A stretch of 26,736 nt of DNA, from IMG/VR virus record IMGVR_UViG_3300004804_000025, positions 1 to 26,736 of that record; one strand, written 5' to 3'. This DNA comes from a virus. Its lineage: Duplodnaviria; Caudoviricetes. The translations under genes and the position numbers were made by a program. Of the stretch, positions 17,901-25,882 are shown one piece after another; the stretch's first letter is position 1, and each line of letters opens with the position of its first letter. The notes below the pieces were generated by a model. That model was not told the DNA's origin. It saw only the letters and a list, made by a program, of their open reading frames with translations, and ran no database searches.

Positions 17901-20900
17901 GTTGAATACACCATACTTTGTGAATTCAATCCAAACTGGCGTACAAGGAATTAGAAGTAATTCGCCGTATCCATTTGTACAAGCTGCTTATTTGTTTTTG
18001 AATTCTTTACCATTAGCTTCTTTGAGTGAAAGATATAAAAATTTAGATGGAACAACAATGTCTGAATTAGATTTTATATCTTCTTGTTTTAATAAGTTTG
18101 GAGCCATTCATAAAATACCATATGCTTGGATGATTAAGTTAGGTTCTATTTGGTATAGATATAAAAAATACAAAGAGTCTGGTGTAGACATTTTAACCAA
18201 TGTTTGGAAAAACTTTGAATATATTGTAAACTATAGTCCTGTTCTTAGTTCAACAACTCAAACCTATGATTTTGTTTATCAAGGACAAAAGGAAAGTATC
18301 GTCCTCCAACAAGAAAGTAATGATATTATAACAATCAATACAGGATTTTACCCACAACTGATGAACGACTTTAATGTGTTCTTCAATGGATATGAGTTGT
18401 ATACTGGCTATAATAATTCAGACATCCAAAAAAGTATTGATTCGGGTGTAAAAATATTTAGTTTCCCTGATTCAAAAATTAATGGATTGAAACAAGGTTC
18501 TAAAAATTTGATATTAAAAACTTGGTCAGTACTATTACCTGACACAGAGCTGATTACTTCAAACTGTGACCCAAAAACAAATACAAAAGGTAACAAGTAT
18601 TTTATTGTTCCATCATTTGGCTCTCAGATAAATCAAACAATTGATGAGTGCGTTATCAATGTAACCTCAGCCCCACAAACGGTTGTGAACTTGACTAACA
18701 ACACGAGTATGTATAATGGTTCTGTTAGAACCATTTGGTCAACACCAAACTTTGGTTATTTTGATAACAATCAAATTGTAATGCCAACACCGTATGAATA
18801 CATTAACCACATTGACCCTAAAACAACAGACCAATCACCATTTAAGTTATTGACTACTGATGATTATTCTAAGATAGAAGACATCTTTGGAGTTTTTGAA
18901 AAAAGAGATTTGGATAAATTTGAACAAGAGTTTTTAAATTTCTGTAAACCAATAACAAACGCGGACACAACTCAAGATAGCGCTCAGTACAATACATCTA
19001 CAACCAATCTAAATGCTAACTTCAGAAACTTTCAATCTTTACTAAGAAGTATGATGACAGTTCCTGCACCACCAAGTGGACAAGGAGATTTAGAATTTTT
19101 TCAAAATACAATTAACACACAAAATGAATTTGTAAAGAATGAATTAACTGCGTTCTTACAATATGACATTTTATTCAAGAATGGTAATCCGTCGAAGTAT
19201 AGAAGAAGAATATTTGATTCTTATTTATCTTATTTAGGTACTCCTATAATAACAGACCCAATCGTGTTCAAACATTATGTTATTGGTAGTCTACCAACAA
19301 AAGGTGGTAATGTGTTATTAAGCCAATCTAAAATTCAAAATCCTGAAGCTTGGTTAGCATTGGAAACCGAAGTTGGATTTTCAACAATTAAAGGGGTTGA
19401 ATATAGTTCTACAGGTTCATATATTACTGACTTTTTTGTTGATAATGATATTGAATTTAGTACGAATAATGTTGTAATATTGGCACCATTAATTAAGATG
19501 TATGCTGCAAGAAAATTAGAATCACCACAATTAAGTGCAGCACCATTTAAAAATCAACTTAGACTATATTTGAATTCCGAAACTGAATTACAAAATAATT
19601 TCTTGAATTTAGTATTAGCTGGAGTTAGATTGAAACTTCCTAACCAACAACAATTACCTGCAAAAGTTATATCAAGTGCGGTAAGTGGAGACCAAAGTAA
19701 GGCTGAGATTTATGAAGTATTTAAGGCTCTTAACGACAAATGGATATCAGGGGATGACTTCAAAACAAAAACTTTGTTTGAGGATATGTTATTTTTAGAT
19801 AGAGCCTCGAGAAATATTGGAGACACAATTTTGATAGACATATTTGATTTACAAAATATGTTCTCTGAAAACTCTCTAAACCAAGTAATGAGTGTTTTTA
19901 CTTTTGTAAGCGGTATCTTAATCAAGAATAATTTTGTGGTGATGAACTTACCTGGTTATGTTAACTTCTATAACATACAGGACGTTGACGGAACTACGAT
20001 ACCACAACCTGAAGGTTCATTACAATTTGCTAATAGTATGTGGGGAACATTCTTGGACGTTGATTATAGAAACTCAGGTCCCAAAATGGTTTGTTTCTAC
20101 GCAGGCAAACCTTCACAATACTTGGATTTACCTAAAGGTAATTTTAGATATAGAGACGATGCCTTTGAAATGAGAAGGGCATCTGAAAATCCATTAATTG
20201 AAAATCAACAAAACAAAAAAGATTGGGCTTTATCAAATAGATGTGTTGGATTTAATATTGATTTAGGTATAAGAAATCAAAACATATTTTATTCATTTAG
20301 TGTTTCACAAGAAAATGGAACCGCAACATCTGAGACAATTAACACTCAATTGACTATGGTGAATAATGCGACAGGTAGAAATGTTGCAACTCAAAACGTA
20401 GGTTTATTTAATTTGTATAAACAAAGGAGTTATAAAGCAACGGTGACTTGTTTGGGTAACGCTCTATTACAACCATCTATGTATTTTAACTTGAGACATG
20501 TACCAATGTTTAATGGTCCTTATATGATTTTAGATGTTCAACATCACATAACGCCAGGAAATTTCCAAACAACATTCACAGGTGTAAGACAAGGAATTTA
20601 TGACTTGCCATCAATTGATAACTTTTTACAAAGTATCAACCAAAACTTATTAACTAATTTACAAGCCATCTTAAAAATTAAAAAAGATACTCCAACTATT
20701 ACACCAATTACAAACACTCAAAAAGGAAGTCAAGTTGTACAAAAGGCTAATAATACGCCTGACACATCAAACAGTTGTGTAAGTAATGTTGATACTAATG
20801 TTTATTCAAATTATGAAAATATAAAACCACTGTTAACCCCATTGACTGGTTTGGAATTTGCAAAGGTATTAGATGAAGAATTACCTGGTGAAAAACCTCT

Positions 20901-22632
20901 TCAAGCAATAATTTATACAATATCATATATAACATCCTACGAAAATAACAGTAATAACAACGGTAGCTTTAAAGGATATAATAACAATTTCGGAGGAATT
21001 TCCTTATATCTAAATTGGTCCCCTACTACTGATAAGTTTGCCAAATCATATGCGTGTGTTAATGTGAAAACATCCGCATCAACATCAGGAAAATCAGAAC
21101 CTTTGGTTAAATTTGAATCTCTTAATAATTACATACAATTTATGGCATCAAGACTTAGAGCTAATGTCTCAAGAATTTTAAGAGACGGTTTACCACAGTA
21201 TTATGTTTGTAACTGGCCTAAAGAAAATGTTAGTGTTGATTATTATCAATCACATAAAGATGATTTTGAACCTGTAAGACAAACAATCAGTAAGGCATTA
21301 GATTCGTGTGTAACGGTTAAAATTATTGTACCTGAAACAGGTAAACAATTAAAAGAACAAATAAAGGCACAACAAGATAAATTAAAACAACCAGGAGTGA
21401 CACAAACACCAACATTAAAAGCCCCACTAGCGGGAAACACTTGTCCACCACCATTGATAACATCGTTCTCACCAATAACAGGTAATATGGGTACGTTAGT
21501 TCAAATCAATGGAAGAAATTTAGCAATTGTTACGGATATTGTTCTCGTGAACCCAACAAACGAACAACAAGTTTTAGCAACTATCTTAGCTAAAGATATT
21601 ACTTATCTGAATGATGAAACTTTAAGATTCCCATTACCACAAATTGGTACTGGAAAAGTTTTAACAAATTGTAAAATACTTGCTAAAAGTCCTTACGGAA
21701 ATGGTTCAATTGAAACCATATTCAAATATGACCCAGCTTATGTTGCATCCGCAGCATCATCGCCAGGTGGATATGCGGGAAACAATCAATCAAATACAAC
21801 AGCACCAAATGCAAATAATACAAATACCAATCCACAAAATACTGGACCTGTAACGTTATTGTCCAAGTCAGAAACTTTGGCGGGAGGTAAGATAACTAAT
21901 AAGTTAACAGTTAGTGTTAACCCTGATGCTGGAGTTTGGGTTCTCGATAAGAGTGTTGAAATGAATATATCTGTTTTTGATGTTATAACAAGTAACAACA
22001 ACACAACACAAAGATTAAATGTTCAGGTTACAATGAAAAAGAGTGATTTTGTAAACAATAACACATTTACAATAACACGTGATGATATTACCACTATATT
22101 AACAACAAGTGAACCATTTAAGACAACACCGATTAAATCAACACAAATAGTTACGATTCAATTTAATGTTCTTGCAAATGCGGGTGATAAAGTTAAACAT
22201 CCACAACCAACGGTTCAATCGTTTAATTTCAATTATAGTGATGGAACATCCACAACACCTACACCTGTAAAAAATACATTTGCCGAACAACCATTATCAA
22301 TAACATTTGTTGGAGAAAGTGCATTTATACAAGGAGATGGACCCCAATACTTTAACGTTAAAAAACAAAGTGGAGGATATATTACATATAAATTCAATGC
22401 TCCTAAATTTGAAGATAGTAATTTAGTGAGTAAAATAGTTATAGGGTCGGATGGATTACCTGTTTCAGCAACATATTCATTAGGTTCCGATACAAAATAT
22501 ACTTATGTTTGGATAATTAATTCTGTAGGTAAGTTCAATTTTGTCGTGGAGTATTTACCATATGGTTATACATCACCAAATGGTGGAGAAGTGTTAAAAC
22601 AAACCGTGGTAAGCCCACCCTTCACTTTATAA
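14896..22632 (+). CDS. giant baseplate hub-like protein (gp27/GpD/VgrG-type) with C-terminal glucosaminidase-like and IPT/TIG domains
   Basis: N-terminal hub-like strands (LGISDISIS...VKIKLQDIQG...LTLKGYYG...GNYEVDLEFRG). Hub C-terminal signature SYKATVTCLGNALLQPSMYFNL...GPYMILDVQHHITPGNFQTTFTGVR. Then NNNFGGI...FESL and PLITSFSPITGNMGTLVQINGRNL. It follows the LysM gene. Confidence 0.7.
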   Translation: MAGNIQADNSGNIYVEFDYNNIIVVDPNKTIDNQGKIQERLVDHEKLVMYANLEAEVLPRTKLAVGASPTDKIRTISVAKIDFLKPTKNSYLSTGYYDEITGNNTTKFKGENQMLSSVQVPKDGSKPYVVDQPADLKNIMDNGLLGISDISISTNSSFIPSVKIKLQDIQGRALFQLGNNSPYAAFFNLPYPPFFLTLKGYYGQAIRYQLNLEKFNARFNSFSGNYEVDLEFRGYKFNILNEVSMGHLLALPHMYTQQFSVAQTPVGPQQTNKSAESQASTQVGQIKNNATGSDQVVGSIYTNKGYQKIVEVYSDYKSKGLIPPDFPELTLVQLMNKLQTFEQTIQDSYFKAEVESLTNIRTYKEYLQEYFNEIRGDNSWFSKYLNPRPIILTNNSGKIYVFNNIDLKDKDDAIERLKNDIKVFNQYLAGNPTLGDAGPSKIPNPIKYDTIVFTSPSKEQIDWAATTTQQTGIPNPTEVQKQKVIDSYSGLFTPVVAIDKNNNAVDVRPKFFIFEGDGRFDKTIASIDSQATKKLQEYEADISAKLLKKLEDRTKGLGFRPTVRNMMAVVLASAEAFLRLMDDVHTNAWSLKNDPVRKSAILNNISSAQSSDSRDNLPVAPQSLSDNSNYDYSQIPIYPWPQFFVETPEDKKGRFQLKYIGDPSVSDLTQGYLYDKWPEVEFVEEYLKGLTKKFNAPEVPDTLQNQNYTNNININAIEFPSAGLTYLNKEELKFFYEIWERQFLTSHYSGLIRANSNQINDLIKLNSEAEVNNIYDSINISAPYLSLKLKNYDLNAQNYVQNLENFSNGGTGKSYQDFIRDFFVTPYIRTITENPTAILSTLELGQIPQMHTDSVALKNLIAVATNDKLIVDVLPFSDPNWCLNNLPDGAKTQNNEVYSTKKSLTVFEPRKIISNFNDVYNFTYNRPVTNFSYTHYANPTIDALTNVKNGYGLTSFYTLRTPNNFALTEGKCSYVSPVHNEPTASIATLLTGGLPYTKTTSLLNTPYFVNSIQTGVQGIRSNSPYPFVQAAYLFLNSLPLASLSERYKNLDGTTMSELDFISSCFNKFGAIHKIPYAWMIKLGSIWYRYKKYKESGVDILTNVWKNFEYIVNYSPVLSSTTQTYDFVYQGQKESIVLQQESNDIITINTGFYPQLMNDFNVFFNGYELYTGYNNSDIQKSIDSGVKIFSFPDSKINGLKQGSKNLILKTWSVLLPDTELITSNCDPKTNTKGNKYFIVPSFGSQINQTIDECVINVTSAPQTVVNLTNNTSMYNGSVRTIWSTPNFGYFDNNQIVMPTPYEYINHIDPKTTDQSPFKLLTTDDYSKIEDIFGVFEKRDLDKFEQEFLNFCKPITNADTTQDSAQYNTSTTNLNANFRNFQSLLRSMMTVPAPPSGQGDLEFFQNTINTQNEFVKNELTAFLQYDILFKNGNPSKYRRRIFDSYLSYLGTPIITDPIVFKHYVIGSLPTKGGNVLLSQSKIQNPEAWLALETEVGFSTIKGVEYSSTGSYITDFFVDNDIEFSTNNVVILAPLIKMYAARKLESPQLSAAPFKNQLRLYLNSETELQNNFLNLVLAGVRLKLPNQQQLPAKVISSAVSGDQSKAEIYEVFKALNDKWISGDDFKTKTLFEDMLFLDRASRNIGDTILIDIFDLQNMFSENSLNQVMSVFTFVSGILIKNNFVVMNLPGYVNFYNIQDVDGTTIPQPEGSLQFANSMWGTFLDVDYRNSGPKMVCFYAGKPSQYLDLPKGNFRYRDDAFEMRRASENPLIENQQNKKDWALSNRCVGFNIDLGIRNQNIFYSFSVSQENGTATSETINTQLTMVNNATGRNVATQNVGLFNLYKQRSYKATVTCLGNALLQPSMYFNLRHVPMFNGPYMILDVQHHITPGNFQTTFTGVRQGIYDLPSIDNFLQSINQNLLTNLQAILKIKKDTPTITPITNTQKGSQVVQKANNTPDTSNSCVSNVDTNVYSNYENIKPLLTPLTGLEFAKVLDEELPGEKPLQAIIYTISYITSYENNSNNNGSFKGYNNNFGGISLYLNWSPTTDKFAKSYACVNVKTSASTSGKSEPLVKFESLNNYIQFMASRLRANVSRILRDGLPQYYVCNWPKENVSVDYYQSHKDDFEPVRQTISKALDSCVTVKIIVPETGKQLKEQIKAQQDKLKQPGVTQTPTLKAPLAGNTCPPPLITSFSPITGNMGTLVQINGRNLAIVTDIVLVNPTNEQQVLATILAKDITYLNDETLRFPLPQIGTGKVLTNCKILAKSPYGNGSIETIFKYDPAYVASAASSPGGYAGNNQSNTTAPNANNTNTNPQNTGPVTLLSKSETLAGGKITNKLTVSVNPDAGVWVLDKSVEMNISVFDVITSNNNTTQRLNVQVTMKKSDFVNNNTFTITRDDITTILTTSEPFKTTPIKSTQIVTIQFNVLANAGDKVKHPQPTVQSFNFNYSDGTSTTPTPVKNTFAEQPLSITFVGESAFIQGDGPQYFNVKKQSGGYITYKFNAPKFEDSNLVSKIVIGSDGLPVSATYSLGSDTKYTYVWIINSVGKFNFVVEYLPYGYTSPNGGEVLKQTVVSPPFTL

Positions 22633-22642
22633 CATAACAATA

Positions 22643-22649
22643 TATTTAT
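22643..22649 (+). promoter_or_regulatory. putative late promoter element TATTTAT
   Basis: Intergenic, 15 nt upstream of ATG 22665. Confidence 0.55.
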
Positions 22650-22664
22650 AATAAAAGATTTTTT

Positions 22665-22889
22665 ATGGATTTAAGAACATCATTAAACAATTACCTTGGA
22701 AAATCAGTGAGATATTCTGAGGAAGATAATGGAGATGGAACTAAACAAGTTTGTGACTTGGATACAGGCGATTGTTATACTGTAAGAGAAAGAGATGGTC
22801 TAATTGAAAGAGCGGGTCATCAAACAACAATAAATAAAAGAGTTAGAGTTGAAACTGCGAGAGGAGTTAAGACTTTATTAAACGGATAA
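22665..22889 (+). CDS. hypothetical late protein (74 aa)
   Basis: Fills the gap, has the late motif upstream and contains CDLDTGDC. Confidence 0.75.
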   Translation: MDLRTSLNNYLGKSVRYSEEDNGDGTKQVCDLDTGDCYTVRERDGLIERAGHQTTINKRVRVETARGVKTLLNG

Positions 22890-22893
22890 CAAA

Positions 22894-23574
22894 ATGAGTT
22901 TAGATAAAAAAATTATCAGCGAGATTGAAAGATATAAGAATATTAATAACTATATCTTAGAACAAGCGGCACCACCGCCTGATTTGGGAGCATTAGCACC
23001 TGAAGGTGGAGAAGGAGAGGGAGCACCTCCACCACCAGCACCAGCTGAGGCGACACCGCCACCAGCACCTGATGCAGGTCCACAAAAAATTGATGTGGAT
23101 AATGACCCAGATGTTGAAAAGGTTGATGATAAAGGCAAATCAGAAGATAAAGGTGATGCTGATGACGAAGGAACTGAAACGTTGGATATCACTGATTTAG
23201 TAGATTCTCAAAAAAATATTGAGAACAAACAAAATGAATACTTTGAAAATCTATTTAGTCAAATTCAAAATCTTGAATCTAAGTTAGGTGAGATGGATAA
23301 TATTATGAACAAGCTGAACGCTCTTGAAAATAAGATTGAAAAATATAGAGAAAAAACACCACAAGAAAAATTAGAATTAAGAAGTTTAGATTCATATCCA
23401 TTCAACCAAAAGTTATCACAATTCTTCGATGATAAACAAGAAGATATGGAAAAAACTGGAAAACATGATTATATTTTAACCACAGATGATGTGAAAGATA
23501 TTAATGTAAATGATATTAAAAATTCATTCCAACCAGGTGGAGGAGACAAGTACAACGACGAATTCAAACGTTAA
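22894..23574 (+). CDS. Pro-rich/acidic coiled-coil protein, putative head-internal or scaffold-like protein
   Basis: N-terminal IISE...ILEQ, a Pro/Ala-rich linker, an acidic tract and a heptad coiled coil (LFSQIQNLESKLGEMDNIMNKLNALENKIE). Confidence 0.6.
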   Translation: MSLDKKIISEIERYKNINNYILEQAAPPPDLGALAPEGGEGEGAPPPPAPAEATPPPAPDAGPQKIDVDNDPDVEKVDDKGKSEDKGDADDEGTETLDITDLVDSQKNIENKQNEYFENLFSQIQNLESKLGEMDNIMNKLNALENKIEKYREKTPQEKLELRSLDSYPFNQKLSQFFDDKQEDMEKTGKHDYILTTDDVKDINVNDIKNSFQPGGGDKYNDEFKR

Positions 23575-23583
23575 AAATAAATT

Positions 23584-23611
23584 AAAAGGTCATCGAAAGA
23601 TGACCTTTTTT
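23584..23611 (+). terminator. intrinsic terminator ending the late module
   Basis: AAAAGGTCATC-GAAA-GATGACCTTTTTT: perfect stem, GNRA tetraloop and U-tract. Confidence 0.92.
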
Positions 23612-23612
23612 A

Positions 23613-23644
23613 TTTGACATCCGCCTTATTTATTACTATATTTT
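23613..23644 (+). promoter_or_regulatory. host-RNAP-type promoter of the replication module
   Basis: TTGACA(23614-19)-N17-TATATT(23637-42). It can also be read as TTTG-N20-TATATTTT, similar to the Bacteroidota -33/-7 consensus. Confidence 0.75.
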
Positions 23645-23675
23645 ATAAACAATTTAATAATTTAATTTAAAAAAA

Positions 23676-24536
23676 ATGAGTAATGTATTAGACGCCGTAT
23701 TGGCACAGTATGAGAAATCACAAAACGCATCGGGCGGGGCCCAAAGTAAAATGTCGCAAGACGAAAGAATGAAAAAGTATTTCGCTTTAATCCTTGGTGA
23801 TAAAGAGAAATCAGGTCAAAGAAAAATTAGAATCCTACCAACAACAGATGGTTCATCACCTTTCAAAGAGGCTTGGTATCATGAAATTCAAGTAGGTGGA
23901 CAATGGCAAAAGTTCTATGACCCAGCTAAGAATAACAACGAACGTTCACCTTTGAATGAGGTTTATGAGGAGTTGATGTCAACTGGCAAAGAATCAGATA
24001 AAGAATTGGCGAAACAATATAAGTCTCGTAAGTTCTATATTGTAAAAGTAATCGACAGAGACCACGAAGAAGATGGTCCAAAGTTTTGGAGATTCAAACA
24101 CAACTACAAGAACGATGGTATCTTGGATAAAATCATTCCTATTTGGAGAAACAAAGGCGACATCACTGACCCTGAAAAAGGACGTGACTTAATCATCGAG
24201 TTAACAAAATCTAAAACACCTGCTGGTAAAGAGTATACAAGTGTATCAACAATTATGTATGAAGACCAAGGTCCTGTTCACGAAGAAAAAGAACAAGCAA
24301 ATGCTTGGATTAATGACGAGTTAACATGGAATGATGTATATAGTAAAAAACCTGTAGAATATCTTGAAGCTATCGCAAGAGGAGAAACTCCAAAATGGGA
24401 TAACGATAAGGGTGGATATGTTTACGGAGACGCAACAGTATCTGAAGAAAGTTTTGGTGGAACAAAAAAATCAACACCATCTAAAATGGTTGACCCACAA
24501 GCAGATGCTGATGTGGATTCAGATTTACCATTCTAA
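23676..24536 (+). CDS. ssb: single-stranded DNA-binding protein (T4 gp32-like)
   Basis: Contains KIRILP...SPF...YH, a Y.VKVIDR..E.DGPKFW segment, DITDPEKGRDLII and an acidic C-terminal tail ending DSDLPF. It is clustered with the recombinase and exonuclease. Confidence 0.85.
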   Translation: MSNVLDAVLAQYEKSQNASGGAQSKMSQDERMKKYFALILGDKEKSGQRKIRILPTTDGSSPFKEAWYHEIQVGGQWQKFYDPAKNNNERSPLNEVYEELMSTGKESDKELAKQYKSRKFYIVKVIDRDHEEDGPKFWRFKHNYKNDGILDKIIPIWRNKGDITDPEKGRDLIIELTKSKTPAGKEYTSVSTIMYEDQGPVHEEKEQANAWINDELTWNDVYSKKPVEYLEAIARGETPKWDNDKGGYVYGDATVSEESFGGTKKSTPSKMVDPQADADVDSDLPF

Positions 24537-24543
24537 ATTATAC

Positions 24544-24570
24544 GGGTGGAGATAATACTCCACCCTTTTT
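24544..24570 (+). terminator. intrinsic terminator after SSB
   Basis: GGGTGGAG-ATAATA-CTCCACCC-TTTTT: perfect 8-bp GC-rich stem with U-tract. Confidence 0.9.
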
Positions 24571-24580
24571 AATCTATAAT

Positions 24581-24880
24581 ATGACATTCAAAGAAGAAGT
24601 TGACTTACAGTTAAGAGATAATAAGATGATATCTTACGAGATATTGAGTCAGTTAAAAGATAAAGGATACTTCTCAGGAAGACCTAAACAAATTGGTGAT
24701 ACCGTTTTATTCGGTATGTTAAGAGAAGAAGAAGGTGGTGAAGGTGAGTCAATTATCAAACTAATAACATTCCATGAAGATGAAATAGGTGAACTTTATG
24801 AAGAGGATAAAATATTCTACAACCGAAACAAAACAAATAAATTACCAAGCATTAAAAGAATAGAAGATGGCGGGAATTAA
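24581..24880 (+). CDS. hypothetical protein (99 aa)
   Basis: Fills the gap between the terminator and the recombinase and overlaps the recombinase start by 14 nt. No recognisable motif. Confidence 0.7.
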   Translation: MTFKEEVDLQLRDNKMISYEILSQLKDKGYFSGRPKQIGDTVLFGMLREEEGGEGESIIKLITFHEDEIGELYEEDKIFYNRNKTNKLPSIKRIEDGGN

Positions 24881-25850
24881 GAAAAAAGAGGTTGGAGGAT
24901 TCAAAGATAAATTCTCAACCAAAACAAAGTATAAAGAAACTAGCTACTATTTTTGTGGTGAAGCGTTCTTAAGTGCCAGTGGATTACCAGGTCCTGTTAT
25001 GGGTGGCATCAATATGTTCTTGGGACATAGTAATAGTTCAAAAACAACTGCTATGATTTTAGCAGCTGCTGATGCACAAAAGAAAGGTCATTTACCTGTC
25101 TTTATCATTACCGAAAAGAAGTGGAGTTGGGAACATGCTGTTGAGTTAGGTTTGGGTGCTAAAAAGAATTCTGACGGTGAGTGGGATGGTGATTTCATCT
25201 TCAACGACAGTTTTGACTATATTGAACAAGTAACAGATTTCATTAATGAAGTGTTAGATGCTCAAGAGAAAGGTGAAATACAACAATCTATTTTATTCCT
25301 TTGGGATTCTGTAGGTTCAATCCCTTGTAAGATGACCTTCGATGGTAAGGGTGGTAAGCAACATAACGCTGCAACACTTGCTGACAAAATTGGTATGGGA
25401 GTTCATTCAAGAATTTCTAAATCAAAGAAAGAAGATTATGCATATTACAATACTTTAGTTGTTGTTAATCAACCTTGGGTTGCTCTTCCCGACAATCCGT
25501 TTGGACAACCTACAATCAAAGCAAAAGGTGGAGAGGCGTTATGGTTAGCATCTTCATTAGTATTCTTATTTGGTAATCAAGCAAGTGCGGGTATCAACCA
25601 TATCACGGCAACCAAAGGAGGAAGAACTGTGAGATATGCTATCAGAACTAAAATTTCAATATTGAAGAACCACGTAAATGGTTTGGGGTATAATGATGGA
25701 AAGTTAATTGCAGTACCACAAGGATATATTGAAGATACTAAAGAAGCTTTGGAATCTTATAAGAAAGAGTATTCCCAATATTGGAACGGTATCTTATCAG
25801 GAACTGGTGAGTTAACCTTAGAAGAAACAACTGATGATATCAGCGAGTAA
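24867..25850 (+). CDS. uvsX: RecA/UvsX-family recombinase
   Basis: GLPG...GGINMFLGHSNSSKTT (Walker A variant), AQKKG..PVFIITE (catalytic Glu), FLWDSVGS (Walker B), VVVNQ, KGGEAL and KNHV. Confidence 0.9.
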   Translation: MAGIKKKEVGGFKDKFSTKTKYKETSYYFCGEAFLSASGLPGPVMGGINMFLGHSNSSKTTAMILAAADAQKKGHLPVFIITEKKWSWEHAVELGLGAKKNSDGEWDGDFIFNDSFDYIEQVTDFINEVLDAQEKGEIQQSILFLWDSVGSIPCKMTFDGKGGKQHNAATLADKIGMGVHSRISKSKKEDYAYYNTLVVVNQPWVALPDNPFGQPTIKAKGGEALWLASSLVFLFGNQASAGINHITATKGGRTVRYAIRTKISILKNHVNGLGYNDGKLIAVPQGYIEDTKEALESYKKEYSQYWNGILSGTGELTLEETTDDISE

Positions 25851-25882
25851 GAAACAATTTTTATCACCTCTAATTTAACAAA

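Noticed and set aside
401-22004. Short minus-strand and alternate-frame ORFs in the track (e.g. 401..676, 835..1107, 8370..8609, 10592..10897, 13952..14293, 16583..16903, 21786..22004)
   Set aside because: They are nested in or overlap long, motif-bearing genes and have no motifs or expression signals of their own. They are shadow ORFs.
1979-22632. Bacterial contractile injection system (eCIS/T6SS/tailocin) interpretation
   Set aside because: Neck-like genes, a tape measure and adjacent phage-type SSB, recombinase and exonuclease indicate a phage genome.
9541-22632. Inteins, introns or homing endonucleases explaining the giant ORFs
   Set aside because: I saw no intein splice-junction pattern, no LAGLIDADG/HNH/GIY-YIG motifs and no reading-frame breaks.
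22950-23200. Gly/Ser-rich minus ORF and His/Gln-rich alternate-frame ORF
   Set aside because: Both are by-products of the CCA/GCA-rich Pro-Ala linker of the 226-aa gene.
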